Of a stretch of 64,000 bases of DNA, positions 11,167-24,659 are shown piece after piece. Location of the stretch: contig NW_015167533.1 in NCBI RefSeq assembly GCF_001447785.1, positions 1,494,717 to 1,558,716 of the forward strand, given 5' to 3'. This stretch comes from Gekko japonicus. Lineage: Eukaryota. The notes beneath the pieces are model-generated. The model was given only the letters and a program-made list of their open reading frames with translations. It did no database searches and was not told where the DNA came from. The stretch's first letter is position 1. Every line of letters starts with the position of its first letter. Position numbers and translations under genes: made by a program.

Positions 11167-11328
11167 ATTTCCTCCTTCACAAAAATAAAGAGACTTTAAT
11201 ACCCTCCCCGTTCTATCCAAGCCGGTGTCATGTAGCGGTCGGAATGTTGGACTTGGATCAAGGAGAACCAGGCTGGAAGCCCCACTCTGCCATGGAAGGT
11301 TGCCAGATGATTTTCAGCTGGTCATACT

Positions 11329-11821
11329 TCATGCTCCCTCTAAGCCGTGGAGTCTTGTGAGCAAAAATTCTACTTTGCAAGCTACTGGATGTAAAGTACT
11401 GGGTTTGCTGCATGGAGACTCAGACTATGACATGCGTACAGACGCGTTTATTGTACTTCACATACAAGATAGAAAATCTGGCCCTGTAAGGGCCAACTAT
11501 ATACACACAACCCAGCACACCCAGGGTCCCCATAGGAGGATTTGAATTTCCCACCAGAGGGCCTATTCGTGGACACAAGGTGGTTTAGAATCCGAGGTTC
11601 CCTTTGTGTCCGGGAACCAAGCTCCTAACTTTAGCTGCGGACCTCTGGTGGCGGTCCGCGTACATAACACTGGCATTAAAGTTGTGAGTGAGCAATTTGG
11701 CTACTGCATAAATTAGTTTGCTCTGGAGCCATCCTTCCAGAGCTAAGACAAAAATGTGTGAGCCAGAGGCTAAAAAAGCCCGTGCGCTAGCTCACACTAA
11801 CTCAACATAGAGGGAACACTA
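11329..11821. mobile_element. hAT-type MITE inserted in a SINE and carrying a solo LTR
   Basis: Reverse-complement homolog of 51002-51207. 8-bp TSD GTCATACT/GTCACACT. Confidence 0.75.
11390..11669 (-). mobile_element. Solo LTR (280 bp)
   Basis: TGT...ACA termini, 5-bp TSD CTGGA/CTGGC, AATAAA on the minus strand. Interrupts the MITE. Confidence 0.7.
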
Positions 11822-13663
11822 GTCACACTCTCTCAGCCAGACCTGCCTCACAGAGTAGCTGTAAGCATAAAATATAGTAGAGGAGAACAATGCAAGCTGC
11901 CTTCTTCCCCCTCTGGGGACAATTTATAATAGTCCATTATAAATCTTATTTTGGCTGCCTTTAGCAAGAAGGGATGATTGGTCTTGCTGTAGCTTTACTC
12001 TGCAGATCACTCCCAGTCTGCTGACACCCCATTGGCTGCCCATCTGTTACCATGCTCAGTTTAAAGTATTGGGTATCACATACAAAGCCCTTCATGGCCT
12101 TGTCCCTCTTATTTGTGGGACTTTCTCGCTCCCTATGCTATGCCATGGCAACTTTGCTCAAGTCACTGGTAAGCCGTACATGTGTTTTCTCCATTGTGGT
12201 TCCTGCCTTGTGGAATGGCCTGCATAGAACTTTATTGACTCCTTCCCCCCCTCGCCTGTCCACCCAGTCACAAAATGTAAGCAGAGGTTTTCCCCCACAG
12301 TAGTGCAGGGTATCTATGTAGTCAGTGGCAGGCTGCTCAGAAGCATGGGAGGCTGATCTCATGGACTGAGGTGGTGCCAGCTTAAAATAAAGCAAGGGAT
12401 TGTGGGCTGAGATGTGTCTCAATTTCAACCCCCATCTGATATTCTGGACTGATGGCATCACTGAAACTCAGGGGCATGGTGTAATGGAGAAATCCCAGTT
12501 GCCTTCACCTATGCATTCTGTCTTTGGTGGTGACTCAAAATGGAGAACTAGGTCTTAGGAACTTTAGCTTTCTTGTGGGAGGTTCTGTCCATTATTTGAA
12601 ATCAATAGTTGTGAGACATGTGCCCAGTTAGTTTTCAGCATGAAGCAGCACCTTAAGGTCTCCACTCACAGGGTGTGTTCAGACAGGGCATTTACAACGA
12701 TATAGGTGCCGGTTGGAATCAGTGTTACTCTGCCCCAAGTGCCATTTTAAAAGTGATTAAAAACAAGACAGCTCCTGTGTTTCCCTCAGGTTCCTCTGTT
12801 GGGTCATAAGCCTAAACAACTCTCTGTATCAGAGTGGAACATTTTGGTGATTTAAGTCTAAGAAAAGGAATAAACACTACTTGAGGGTGACTCAGTCACT
12901 GAAGGGAACTAAAAGGTTTTGGCTGGAAAATCTGCCTGTGAGTCAGGAAGTTACTGGGGCCTGTCATAGACCCCCTTATCTCAAGGATCATCTCTTTCCA
13001 TATGTCCCTGTGTGCCAACTATTGTCTTCAGCCACCTACTGGCTGTTCCCTCACATTAACAACTAAACTGTTCTATTCTAGCTTCCATAGAGAGGTGTGG
13101 GGTGCTTTGGAAGTGAGAAGGTGCCATCACTAGAAAGCTTCAGATACATATTGCAGAACCATTTCATTTTCTAGGGCTTTTAGTAGTGCATAGACTGCAG
13201 GAACTTTTTAGGGGGCATTATTTGGGATTTTACTTTGTAGGTTCCAGCTGCCATACAGAAAGGCAGGATATAAATAAACATATTTTCTTCTGCAATTCCA
13301 CTGGGAACCCCAACTTTGACCATTATCTTCCCCTTCAATAATAAAAGGACCATAATTTAATTTGCCACTTGACCAAATCCCTATGGACTTTCAAAGTGTT
13401 CATATGGAACTAATTACAGGGAAGGTGAAAGATGCTCCAGATATACCTCATCAGAACTACAAATGAGACCCCTGACTACAAATAGGCTAGACTAGATCCA
13501 TCAGTCTGATCCCTGAGACTTTACATTTGAAAATCCGGGCTTCAGGTTTATCAGCAGAAAGGATGTTAATTCACATCAGGCTGTCGTAATCCTGGGAGGT
13601 CTGGTGACAGTGCCTCTCGGTAGTAAAGCCAGGGCCTGTATTTAAGGAAGATGTATACGCAAG

Positions 13664-13878
13664 ATGGAGGTATTTGTGTCATTACAGCTGCTCCTGCTTT
13701 ATCACAAAGTATTTAAGGCTCACATTGTGAAGTGTAGGATAAGAGACCTAGACCCACCCATCCAAGAGTATCACCAATCAGGAGACCTCTTTGTTGGTGG
13801 TATTGCTTCTCAGAGTTTCAACATGAATCCCATAAAATTCACTGAATACCCCCGGTTTGCATTGGCGGATGAGCTCGT
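13664..13878 (+). CDS. V2R-A exon 1 (signal peptide and N-terminus); intact 6-exon vomeronasal type-2 receptor, 878 aa
   Basis: MEVFVSLQLLLL..EYHQSGDLFVGGI, GTAAG donor. Exon lengths 215+292+849+237+127+917 = 2637, in frame. Confidence 0.88.
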
Positions 13879-14699
13879 GTAAGCATTAATTATCTCTAAG
13901 TTAATTTTTACATTTCCTTTTCAGCTCCCTGGGCATTCTATTTTGGCAGCCATGTCCCATTATCATTTGAAAAATTAATCAAATGCCTTTATACTGTGGT
14001 TTCTTTGGCTTCTTGAGTTCTTCTGCCCTGATTTCTTTCTGTTTGCCTTCCTGTTACCACAGAAGTACATGTAAACCTGCCTTATTTCAGGTCAGGTTAG
14101 TGCTTCGCCAAACACAATATTCTCGTCTCTTTCTGGCAGTTGATTCTCATGGTCTGAAGCAGGGAAGGTTCTTTGCCAACACTGTTTCCTTGTGATCCTT
14201 TAAGTGGGTGAAGCAGAGATGGAATCCGGGACTCTCTGTATGCAAAGTGCTCTGCAGCTGAGTTGAAAGCCGTCCCCATGGGCATTCCAATCTCTACGAT
14301 AGGTAGCGGTTTCCACTATTAGTAAATTCATTTTTTCCCACACATTCCTGGATGCATAACTAGGAAGTTTGTTACAGATCTTTCTGAGGCTGAATGAGGT
14401 TGTTGCTTAAATGATGCGATAACGTCCCAGGTTCTGGAAACTTGGAGGGGTTTGACATGTATGTTCCTTGGAGCTCCTCAAAAGAAGGGCAGCATACATA
14501 AGACATGCTTTTTAAAGTTTGTGCTATCCTTGTATCATTCATATCATGGCTAAAACAGAAGTCCTTTATAAATGATAATAAATAGCAATAAATATAATAA
14601 ATGTATAATCATAAAGAATAAATGAAAATGGCGCAGAATACAATGCAATGGATGTAAAATATCTTTCTGATACACCGTTCAATGCAATTCTCATTCCAG

Positions 14700-14991
14700 T
14701 ACCATACCTAAGCATTACCAGCACATGCTGGCCTTGGAATACGCTGTAAAGGAGATCAATGAAAATCCAGCAATCTTACCCAATGTCACCTTGGGCTTTC
14801 AAATCTACGACAGCTATTTCAGTGCTAAGCCGACTTATCATGCCATAATTCAACTGATGTCCACTCCAAAGTTGTCTGTTCCTAACTTCAAATGTGACGT
14901 CCAGAATAATCTGCTAGCCATCATTGGGGGATTGGACTCCAAGACCTCTCTCGATGTGGCAGCAATGCTGGACATCTATAAGATTCCACAG
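14700..14991 (+). CDS. V2R-A exon 2 (Venus flytrap domain)
   Basis: YQHMLALEYAVKEINENPAILPNVTLGFQIYDS..IPQ, 292 bp, AG/GT. Confidence 0.93.
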
Positions 14992-15280
14992 GTAAGGTGG
15001 CTGAATGTATGGGCATTTAACCCTTCTCTTATTCTTCCAGAATCATTTATCGGGTGGAAGAAGAAAATAAATGCATATATGTATTTATGATGGCTGAGTG
15101 TATGGGGGTTTGACACTTTTTAAAACATTCTGTTTATTCCTCCAGAATTAATTATTCAGTTGAAGAAAACAAAGCATTTAAAATATAGTTACATAGATTT
15201 TTTTCCCTCAACTACTTTGTCTGTTATTGCATGGGAAAGCAGCACATTATTATTTATTCCCATTCCAAAATCTGCTTTAG

Positions 15281-16129
15281 CTGATGTACGGCTTTGCTCC
15301 ACTGATGAAGGATACAAATCCAGGACTCTCCTTCTACCAGATGTACCCTAATGAAGCCCTCCAGCATGCAGGGATTCTCTCCTTACTACTGCACTTCAAA
15401 TGGACGTGGATTGGGGTCCTTGTTATGGATGATGACATGGGAGAAAGCATTGTGCGGACTGTACTTCCACTGTTTTCCAAGCATGGTGTCTGTTTTGCCT
15501 TCATACTTAGAAGCCCCAGATCAATGTTCCTCACAGAATATCAGGACATGGTTCAACAGGGTTCAGAAATATATGAAGAAATAATGAATAGCAAAGCCAA
15601 CGTATTTGTGGCATTTGGCCATTCATACAGTATCAATGATCTGAGATGGTTGGCGTACCTGTCACACTGGGGACGTATCCCATGGAAAACAAAAGGTAAA
15701 GTGTGGATACTGACAGCCCAGATGGATTTCACTTCTTACGTTTATCAAAGGGATTGGGATACAGACATGATCCATGGCACTCTGGCCTTTGCCATACATT
15801 CCACTCATCTTCCAGGATTTCAGAAATTTGTTGAGAACAGAAACCCTTCCAACGCAAAAGGTGATGGTTTTATATGGAACTTCTGGCGCAATGCCTTTAA
15901 CTGTGTATTCCCAAATCAAGTTCAGGGTGAAGTGATGGATGGTAATTGCACGGGGCAAGAGACGTTGGAAAGCCTTCATGGATCTTTTTTTGAAATCAGT
16001 ATGACTAGCCACAGCTATAGTATTTACAATGCTGTCTATGCTGTGGCCCATGCTACACATGCCATGCACCAGACAAAGCACAGAACAACGGTAAAGCGTT
16101 TGACTCTTCTGGATCAAAACCAATGGCAG
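15281..16129 (+). CDS. V2R-A exon 3 (Venus flytrap domain)
   Basis: LMYG..LLHFKWTWIG..KVWILTAQ..SYSIYNAVYAVAHA..WQ, 849 bp, AG/GT. Confidence 0.93.
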
Positions 16130-16425
16130 GTAAGAGCTTTGGATGCAAATTCAGTAGATCACCATTTTTTATAGATGGAAAATTGGGTTTGTATTTGCAT
16201 ACGAAACAATAGCTCAAAATTCTTTTGCTCATGTCCTTTTTTGCCTCCATCTGAAATTTCACTCAGCAGTCCCAGTTAACTTCCTTGTATAAGAGCTTGC
16301 CATAGATGTATTGCATGATGTTGTACTGATACTAATTTATACAGTACCTTCTCCTGCCCTCTCTGGGTCTGAAGGGGCGATCTCTCATTCTCTTGTTATC
16401 TGAAAGCAGGATAGGGCATCCCCAT

Positions 16426-16740
16426 GAGAGCCAGTTTGGTGTAGTGGTTATGAGCATGGACTCTAATCTGGGAGAACCGGATTCGATTCCCGTCTCCTCC
16501 ACATGCAGCTGCTGGTGTGACCTTGGGTCAGTTTCAAGTTCTTTCAGAGCTGTTCTCTCAGGGGCAGTTCTCAAAAGAGTTCTCTCAGCCCTACCTACCT
16601 CACAGGGGGTCAGTTATGGGGAGGGAAAGGGAAAGGAGATGGTAAGCTGCTCTGAGACTCCTTTGGGTAGTGAAGGGTGGGGTGTAAATCCAAGCTCCTC
16701 CTCCTCCTCTTCCTCCTCCTCCTCCTCTTCTGCTGCTCCT
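16426..16740 (+). mobile_element. Squam3/CORE-like SINE
   Basis: Full head, core and (CCT)n tail. Confidence 0.82.
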
Positions 16741-17628
16741 ATATTGCAAGAATTCCCCCCCCCCCCCCCGCAAATAGCACTTCTCTCCATCCTCCTCTGC
16801 ATCTCTCTCTGTGTCTGAGGAGTTAGTAGTTCTTGGGCTGTCAGACCATAACATGAAAAACAGACCACGATACTTCCTGAAGTTTTCCTTTAAGGAATGA
16901 AATACCTTTTGCCTTGAAGGTCTGAATCCCAGCAAGTTCGATGTGTGGATTTGTCTAGTACCATTGCAAGGGATGCAGCTGCAGTTTACATTTTCCTTAT
17001 AGATTGTGATTTTGCCAGGATGGCAAGGGATAGGGGAAAAAAACATGGGAAGAGAGTGGGTTGGATCCAACCTTTTTTTTTTTTTGCTGGTAAAAAAGGG
17101 AAGGAAGGGATCTTTTCTGACCACCCAGAATGGTTCAGCTGAGGCTCATGGGACCTGGCTGGAGTTAAAGCCACATGGGTTGAAGGCTGAAGTAAGGAGG
17201 AAGAATTGGGCAAGGCTGAATGAAAGCTGGCTGGATCCAACCTGATAATGCTGGATGCTGTCGATCAAATCTTCCTTTAATCTTAGGAAGTCTCTCGTGC
17301 TTAGAGACAGTTCGCTAAGAACACCTTTGGTATACAAAGATACTTCTTCTTTTTTTGAGGGGTGAAATTTAGATCATGAAAATGAGTTGTGTTCAAGGGC
17401 TAATATCCTTTCCTAAAGGGCAGGAGCTTAGATTGGGGACCAACATGGATGCTTAAAATCATGGATCAAACAGAACATGCTCCTTTCACCTCTGATTCAT
17501 TGATTTTGCAATGTTAAGCCTTATACTCTTTTTATAAACACACTAAGTAAAACCCAGCATTTTTAAAGGTGCCGTGGGTTAAGATACACACGAATGTACA
17601 TGCAAATGCAGGGTAAACCATTTTATAT

Positions 17629-17840
17629 GCACCTTTAAGACTAACTTTATTGTAGCATAAGCTTTTGAGAAGCACAGCTCTCTTCGTCAGATGCATGGAG
17701 GGTCTCCATGCATCTGACGAAGAGAGCTGTGTTTCTTGAAATATCATGCTACAATAAAATTTCTTAGTCCTAAAGGTGCTATTGGTTGTTTTTTTTTACT
17801 ATTTTGCAACAACAGACTAACACGGCTAACTCCTCTGGAT
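17629..17840. mobile_element. Penelope-like element pLTR remnants in inverted (hairpin) arrangement
   Basis: About 72-bp arms around 17701-17703 with GCATCTGACGAAG..GAAA..TGCTACAATAAA..TTAGTC..AAGGTGC..ACAGACTAACACGGCT, typical of reptile PLE termini. Confidence 0.7.
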
Positions 17841-18226
17841 CTATGACCATGTTTATGCATTATACATTATACCATCACCACCAAATAAAGACAGCAGACA
17901 CCAAAGTGTGGATTAAACGAGGTTGCATTAAATGGCTGATCTGCATCATTGTCACTCCATTAGCTAGGAGCAGTTTGTCAAACATAACCAGCATCACACC
18001 ATATTTTATTTATTGTAGCCTCCACATTAACTCTGTTCCCTCCAGAGTGTGGTTGAGCAATAGGTGTGGTCGAAGCTGCTCAGTCAGTTAAAAAACAAAC
18101 AAACCTGCCTGGCTCTTAATAGACAATCAGGTAATCACTTGGTGTGTCAACAGAATCTGGCAAATGGCTGACTAAGGGAGCAAGAGTGTCCCTCTGCCAT
18201 TCCCATTGTCTTGTCATCAGTCTAAC

Positions 18227-18831
18227 TAGAGATGTGAAGGCCTGGAAAAAAACCGAAAAAATTTGGGGGGAAAACAGTTTTTTTCCCTGAAGCCTTTTTG
18301 TTTTTTTCTGAAAAATTGGAAAAATTGAAAAAAGAAAAAAAAAACTGACTATGGAACATTTTATTTTAACATGATGAATAAAATATTTTAAGACAAAGTG
18401 TTTAAATATTTTCCAAATAATTTCCAATATATATATATATGGTATCAGATTGATCTAATTTCTGTGCACTGAGGACAAGAAAGTCCTAAGTTACAAACAG
18501 AACTCTCCAATGCAAGAACAAGATGCATTTCTCCCTTTAGGAGATGCGATTGTCAGAAGAAAATAAAAAAATCAGTTTTGTTTTTGCATGTGGGAGGGTA
18601 TTCTGTTTGTACTAATTGTTTGGATACACTATATTTTTAATATGCTAGTTGTGATAATTTCATGCCAAGTAAAAATGTCCATACTCATATTTTATGTTCC
18701 TAAAGTAACAGAATGACTTTCAATCTAGAAAAGACAAAATAAATGTTAATGTAGCATTTTTTCAATTTTTCCGAAAATTTCCATTTTCCCCCGAAAAAAC
18801 CCGGGTTTTTTTCTGAGCTTCAAAATTTCCA
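18227..18831. mobile_element. Probable hAT-type non-autonomous element
   Basis: Starts TAGAGATGTGAAGG, has A/T-run subterminal repeats, and is flanked by a direct repeat AGTCTAAC. Confidence 0.5.
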
Positions 18832-19454
18832 AGTCTAACTCTTCCAGTCATGTCTTGCACCACATTTGAGTAATAGTGGCTGCCCCACCAGTGTCCCTGG
18901 CTCAATCAGACTCAAGAATGAATTCATACAGATGGCGATGTGCTCAGAAAATGATTTACTGCATGCTTGTTTGCATGTTTGTTTTAGTCATTAAATTAGC
19001 TGTTGCAATGATTGGAAGCTCCTCAAAGGGAATTCTTGTGTTCCTGTCCTTGGTCATGTTGCCACAGTGCTGACTACTGTCATTTTCAAACTCTGAGTCA
19101 TAAATTGTCACATTTTTTCCTGTCACTTCCCCACTGCTCTTCTCACCACCACTAAATGGGTTGTTTGTAAAAGTTCATTATGCCACTTCACTTGGTCATC
19201 ATTCGTTATCATTTCTTGTGGCTGCAAATAAGACAGATGTCCTCAGCTGGAACTGTATAGTTTAAAAATGTAGGGCTCCATGGTACAGTTATGAAAGTGC
19301 TGTAAACCATCTGGCATCTTTCAAATATTTTCAGTACTGAGGGATTGACCTGCATCCTAATGCTTTGTGAATCAGTCAAATATATGTTAAAAAGAAAGTG
19401 ATCTTTTATTTATTGAGACAACTCCTAATAGTTTGTGAACTCATCACTTGCCAT

Positions 19455-20400
19455 ATTGTATGCCATCAGGACCTGGAGGCTTACTGGTTTTTAAGTTCCC
19501 CAGTATGTCTAGAACTTCATCTCTGGTCCCCTCAATCTGACACAGTTCTTTAGGCTTCCTTCCAGAAAATAGTGGCTGTGGCATGGGTATGTGCCCCACA
19601 CTTTCCACAGTTAACATAGATGCAAAGAATTCATGCCATCTCTCTGCCATCTCTCCATCTTCCTTTAGCAATCCTTTTACTCCTTGGTCATCCATATGGT
19701 GAACTGCTTCTCTGGCTGGTTTCCTGTTCTGAATATATTTAAAGAAATATTTAATGTTTGTCTTGATGCTTTTGGCAATTCAGTTCTCAAATTATCTTTA
19801 CACATGCCTTATTGTAAACTTCTTTTAATGTAGCCTTTGGTCCCTTCTGTTCAATTCATTGGGGCAGACCTTCCACTTTTTAGAAGAATATTTTGTTGCT
19901 TTTTATGGCATCTTTGCCTTGCATTGTTAAACATGCAGGCACTATTTTGGACTTGGCCGTACCTTTCCTAACCAGGGGAACACATCCTATGTTGGCTTCA
20001 TTTAGCATGCTTTTCAAGAGCTTTCAAGCATTAGGGCTTTTATTCGCATGCATTTATCTTCAGATTCTGTTTAACTATTCCCTTCATTTTTTTTTTTTTG
20101 TAAAGTTCCCTCTTTTGAACTCAAAAGTTACTGTTTGGGACTTTGGGGTAACCTTCCAGAGACATGAATGTTGACCTTAATAGCATTGTGGTCTCTGTTT
20201 CTAACTGATGCAAAACATGTACATTCTCACCAAGTCAGAACCAAGTCCAGGATCACTACCCCTGTGGGTGGCTCTGTGACCAACTGTTCCAGTGTACAAT
20301 CTCATTTCTGCAGCCTGATTTGATCACATGTTTATCCAGTCAATGTGAGGGTAGTTAAACTCTCACAGTATCACAACATTATCTGCTTTAGACACCTCTC
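19455..20400 (-). mobile_element. CR1 LINE ORF2 fragment
   Basis: EMAERWHEFFASMLT..EVLDILGNLKTSKPPGPDGI, the region preceding the CR1 RT domain. Confidence 0.8.
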
Positions 20401-20864
20401 TTATTCAAGGGCAGTTCTCGGGAGAGCTGTCTCAGCCCCACCTACTTCACAGAGGGTCTGCTGTGGGAGGGGGGGGGAAAGAGATTGTAAACCACTCTGA
20501 TACTCCTCTGGGTAGTGTAGAGCAGGGTGTAAATCCAGTCTCCTCCTCCTCATTCTGCATTTCAACATCAGCCTCAAGGTTTTGATCAGGTTTTGATTTG
20601 GGCAGTAGTACACCTCTATTTTTAAGTAAACCTTAAGGCCCAGTATTTCCACCCATATAACTCCTGTTCATCCCCATAATGTTTTCTAACTTATTTGAGT
20701 CTATGTCATGTTTGACCTCCACAAACACATCCCTTCTTGGCTCAGAGGTTTATGGCATAGGTGTCTAGCTATAACACACTGCTGCCTTCATAAATGTAAT
20801 TCTGAAAGATCCAATATATCCAAGTCCAATTGCTGCATTTCTAAAATCTTGTTTTTCCACCTAG

Positions 20865-21101
20865 CTCCACTATTTCCTTAGAAATATTGAATTTAACAAC
20901 AGTGCTGGGGAAAAAATTTCATTGAACAAGAATGGGGAGTTAATAGCTGGATTTGATATTGAGAACTGGATTATTTCCTCAAACCAATCCTTTCACAGAG
21001 TGAAACTTGGCAGGATGGATCTCCAGGATCCCCAGGCTCATTTCCAACAAGCATTCACCATCAATGATAAAGACATCATATGGCCACAATGGTTTAACCA
21101 G
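20865..21101 (+). CDS. V2R-A exon 4
   Basis: LHYFLRNIEFNNSAGE..GFDIENW..WFNQ, 237 bp, AG/GT. Confidence 0.92.
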
Positions 21102-21968
21102 GTAGGATCCAGTGGCCCAAAGTTCAAAGCATCTTTTAGTTATGAATTAGCATTGAATTGCAGACCTTTCACACTGGTGAAAAAGGGACAGACAGGTCCC
21201 CTTTGACCACCCCCAAAAGCTATTAGGGGCTTTATGGGACCTGTCTGAAAAAAGCCATATGACACCAGAATGATAGTAATGAGGAGAACTGGGTGAGATT
21301 AAGTGAAAAAGCCCACGTGATGCCACCTCTGTTGTGTGAGCTAATTCCACTGAGCACTAGCGAGCAACTAGAAAACAGTACTGAGCCGTTATAAAAACTA
21401 TGTTTGATTTGATTTGGTTGGAACTCATACAGCAATGGAAGTTCTAGTCTTTTTTTCTGGAACATTTGTATAATTTAATTAGGCCTTTATTATTTGGAAA
21501 ATTTAGATGATTAACTCATATGGACATTACTGTTTATTTCATATTAGTTAATTTATTTAAACAGTTATATCTCACCTTCCTTTGTGGTTCAAGGCAGCTT
21601 GCGACGATAATCAAAAACAAGATAATAGTTAACCTACATAAAATAATTATTTGATTATTTTTACTTGGGCAACATCAATTATCCAAGCATTTTGAGTGAT
21701 GTAACAGATGAGGATTCAGAAATTTGTCCTTGACCATGTACAGCTTTTTAAATTCTCTCCTTATTATGGATACAGTATCACTTATTATGAGTACTTCATA
21801 AATATTTTATGAATTGTCAGCTGGCCCAGCCGACATGATTCCAGCATTTCAAATATGACTGTGGTAGAATAGTAGGAAGTAGTGCATAAGTGTATCTTAA
21901 ACAAATAAACACATGAAAGAATGAATTCCTCTCTAAACAATCCCTCTAATCTTTTCGTTGCTCATTAG

Positions 21969-22095
21969 ACAAAGCCAAGTTCTGTATGTAGTAAGAATTG
22001 CCACCCTGGCTATAGCAAGATAGTGAAAGAGGGGGAACCATTTTGTTGTTACACTTGCCTGCCATGTCCGTATGGAAAGATATCGGACCAAAAGG
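21969..22095 (+). CDS. V2R-A exon 5 (cysteine-rich domain)
   Basis: [42 protein letters not shown], 127 bp, AG/GT. Not in the ORF track. Confidence 0.92.
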
Positions 22096-23236
22096 GTAAG
22101 AAATATACTTATTTATTGTTGCTATGTATGAAATAAACTCTGATTCATATATCTCACCAGAATTAAATAGCCACAGAAACAACATGACTCTCAGGAAAAA
22201 AATAGAAGGAGATAGCGTCCTCTGTTTACTATGGGAAAATCTCATTTTTCTTTGAATTTTTTATGTATATATGGTACTGCACTTAATATCATGACCCTTT
22301 CCCTCATATAAACCCACTCTCTTCCCTGCCCCCAAACAGTCTAGGTGAGACAGGGAGGTATAAACATGAAGGGAGAAACCAAGAAATAAAACAGAAAAGA
22401 ATGAATGGGAGGGGGAGGCTAACCTTATCCAAACAATGCATTTTAAAATGTGTTCTATGCTGTATTTTATCTACGCCAATAAAGGTTGATTGACTGACTG
22501 ACCTTATCCAAACAGATAAAATAAACTGTCTTTTATGTTTCACAAAACCTCTAAAAATGTAGTCCAAAATCCATTATATTTCGCGTCTGTACCCTATCTA
22601 TGAAAAACGTTTTTTGCCCAATCCCTGCCAAAAACATTGTTGAGCTTCCTAAAAATACACTGTTGTCATGCAGCCTCCAACCAGAAAGGTGTGAAAAATG
22701 AAAATGTCATTGCCAACTGATTCAGGTTTTGAACTTCGATTGAAGGTTCTGTGAGGATGGGGTGGGTGAAAGCTGCTGAGAAGCAGCTAATCTGATGATA
22801 ATTCACTGACTGTAGACCCTATCCTGATGACATAATGGTGGACATTTCTACTGATCTGATTTAAACACCACTGTGTAGTTCAATTTGGTGTATCTTTGAA
22901 AGCTGGTTGGAATCTAGAATGGAAAATGTGGACTAATTCCTTGAATAGGGTGGATCACTAGACACAATTAAGTGGGGCTCTTTGATCTCAGTTTCTTTTG
23001 CCATTACTCCCTTCATCTACAAAGTTTGAACTTCATCAGGCTGTGAAAGATCACTATGTAATAAATGGCTATTCTTATCCTCACATCTCTGCTACAGTTC
23101 AGAGGATCAATACTGGACAAAGCCTTTTCTTCTTTGAGTGAAAAACTTTGAATCTGCATAAAGAATAGCGAACAAATTTTCGTAATAGTTATGAGATTTT
23201 ACACCAATATGCATAAAAACACCTTTTCATTTTCAG

Positions 23237-24153
23237 ACCTTGATGATTGCTATCAGTGTTCAGAGGAAAAGTATCCGAGCAAAAACCAGGATTTGTGTAT
23301 TCCCAAGAACATCAGCTTTCTTTCGTACGAAGAACCATTGGGGATGAGTTTAGCTTTTTTTGCTCTTTCGTTCTCCTTGATCACTTCTCTGATTCTCAGA
23401 ACATTTAAGAAATTTCAAAGTACTCCCATCGTCAAAGCCAACAATCGGAGCCTCACCTACATTCTTCTCATCTCTCTTCTGCTCTGCTTCCTTTGCACTT
23501 TGCTGTTCATTGGCCGCCCAGAGAATGTGACCTGTCTGCTCCGCCAAACGGCCTTCGGCATCATTTTTTCTGTGGCTATTTCTTGTGTGCTGGCCAAAAC
23601 AATTACTGTGGTGCTGGCTTTCATGGCCACCAGGCCAGGATCCAGGAAGAGGAAATGGGTGCGTGAAAGTCTGGCCAATTCAACTGTGTTTTCCTGTTCC
23701 CTCATGCAAGCAGGCATTTGTACTTTCTGGCTAGCCATGTCTCCTCCATTCCCGGATGCTGACATGCACTCTGTGACTGAAGAAATTGTCCTAGAATGTA
23801 ATGAAGGGTCTGTGATCCTGTTTTGCTGTGTCTTGGCTTACATGGGATTCCTGGCCCTTTTGAGCTTCACTGTGGCTTTCTTTGCTAGGAAACTCCCCGA
23901 TGCTTTCAATGAAGCCAAATTCATCACCTTCAGCATGCTGGTCTTTTGCAGTGTGTGGTTATCCTTTGTTCCAGCCTACTTGAGCACAAAGGGAAAATAT
24001 ATGGTGGCTGTGGAAATCTTCTCCATCTTAGCTTCCAGTGCTGGGATGCTGAGTTTAATTTTTTTCCCTAAATGCTTTATAATTTTGTTGAGGCCTGAGT
24101 TAAACAAAAAGGAAATATTAATAAGGGGTAAAGCACAAAGTACACAAGTGTAA
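23237..24153 (+). CDS. V2R-A exon 6 (7TM domain)
   Basis: [29 protein letters not shown] and [11 protein letters not shown] motifs, ending in TAA. Confidence 0.95.
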
Positions 24154-24659
24154 TTTGCTTTCTACAGTAATTGAAAGATATGTCAGCACACATTAGAATA
24201 GAATGTCTCTGAGATTTTCCCGTTCAGTCATTGCCTGGCCAGTGCTGTAGCTGGCTTGATAAGTGGAGTCTACTTGGATCACTGATTCACCCCACCTGTG
24301 GCTTTCCTTTCCACTGCACATATGCACCCCACTTTTGGCTTGGCTTACACTTATATTTATTTTTTTATTTATACATTCAACTTATATACTGCTCTAATCC
24401 TTGACGGGTCTCTGAGCGGTTTACATATTAGGCAGTATGCTTGTTGTTTCCAGTATCCCACAGATGGTAACCAGTTCACTAAACACCTTCCTAATCACAC
24501 TCTTCTGTACTGCTTTGTGGTTAATCTTTGGCTTTCGATATCTGGCTCCTTTTGAGCCCAACTGGCCACCAACCAGCTGTCCTGACTCTGCCAGACCGTT
24601 CCTCAGCCCTCTCTTAACCACCTCTCCCAGTTCCTTTAGGAGCAATGTATTTGAGTGTT

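Noticed and set aside
16426-16500. tRNA-like A/B box sequence
   Set aside because: Head of a tRNA-derived SINE, not a tRNA gene.
16393-17124. Poly-Ser/Glu/Gly ORFs (also 29501-29922, 54773-54967)
   Set aside because: Translations of SINE simple-repeat tails.
21102-23236. Apparent absence of the cysteine-rich exon 5 in the ORF track
   Set aside because: The 127-bp exon is present in all five loci and is simply below the ORF length cutoff.
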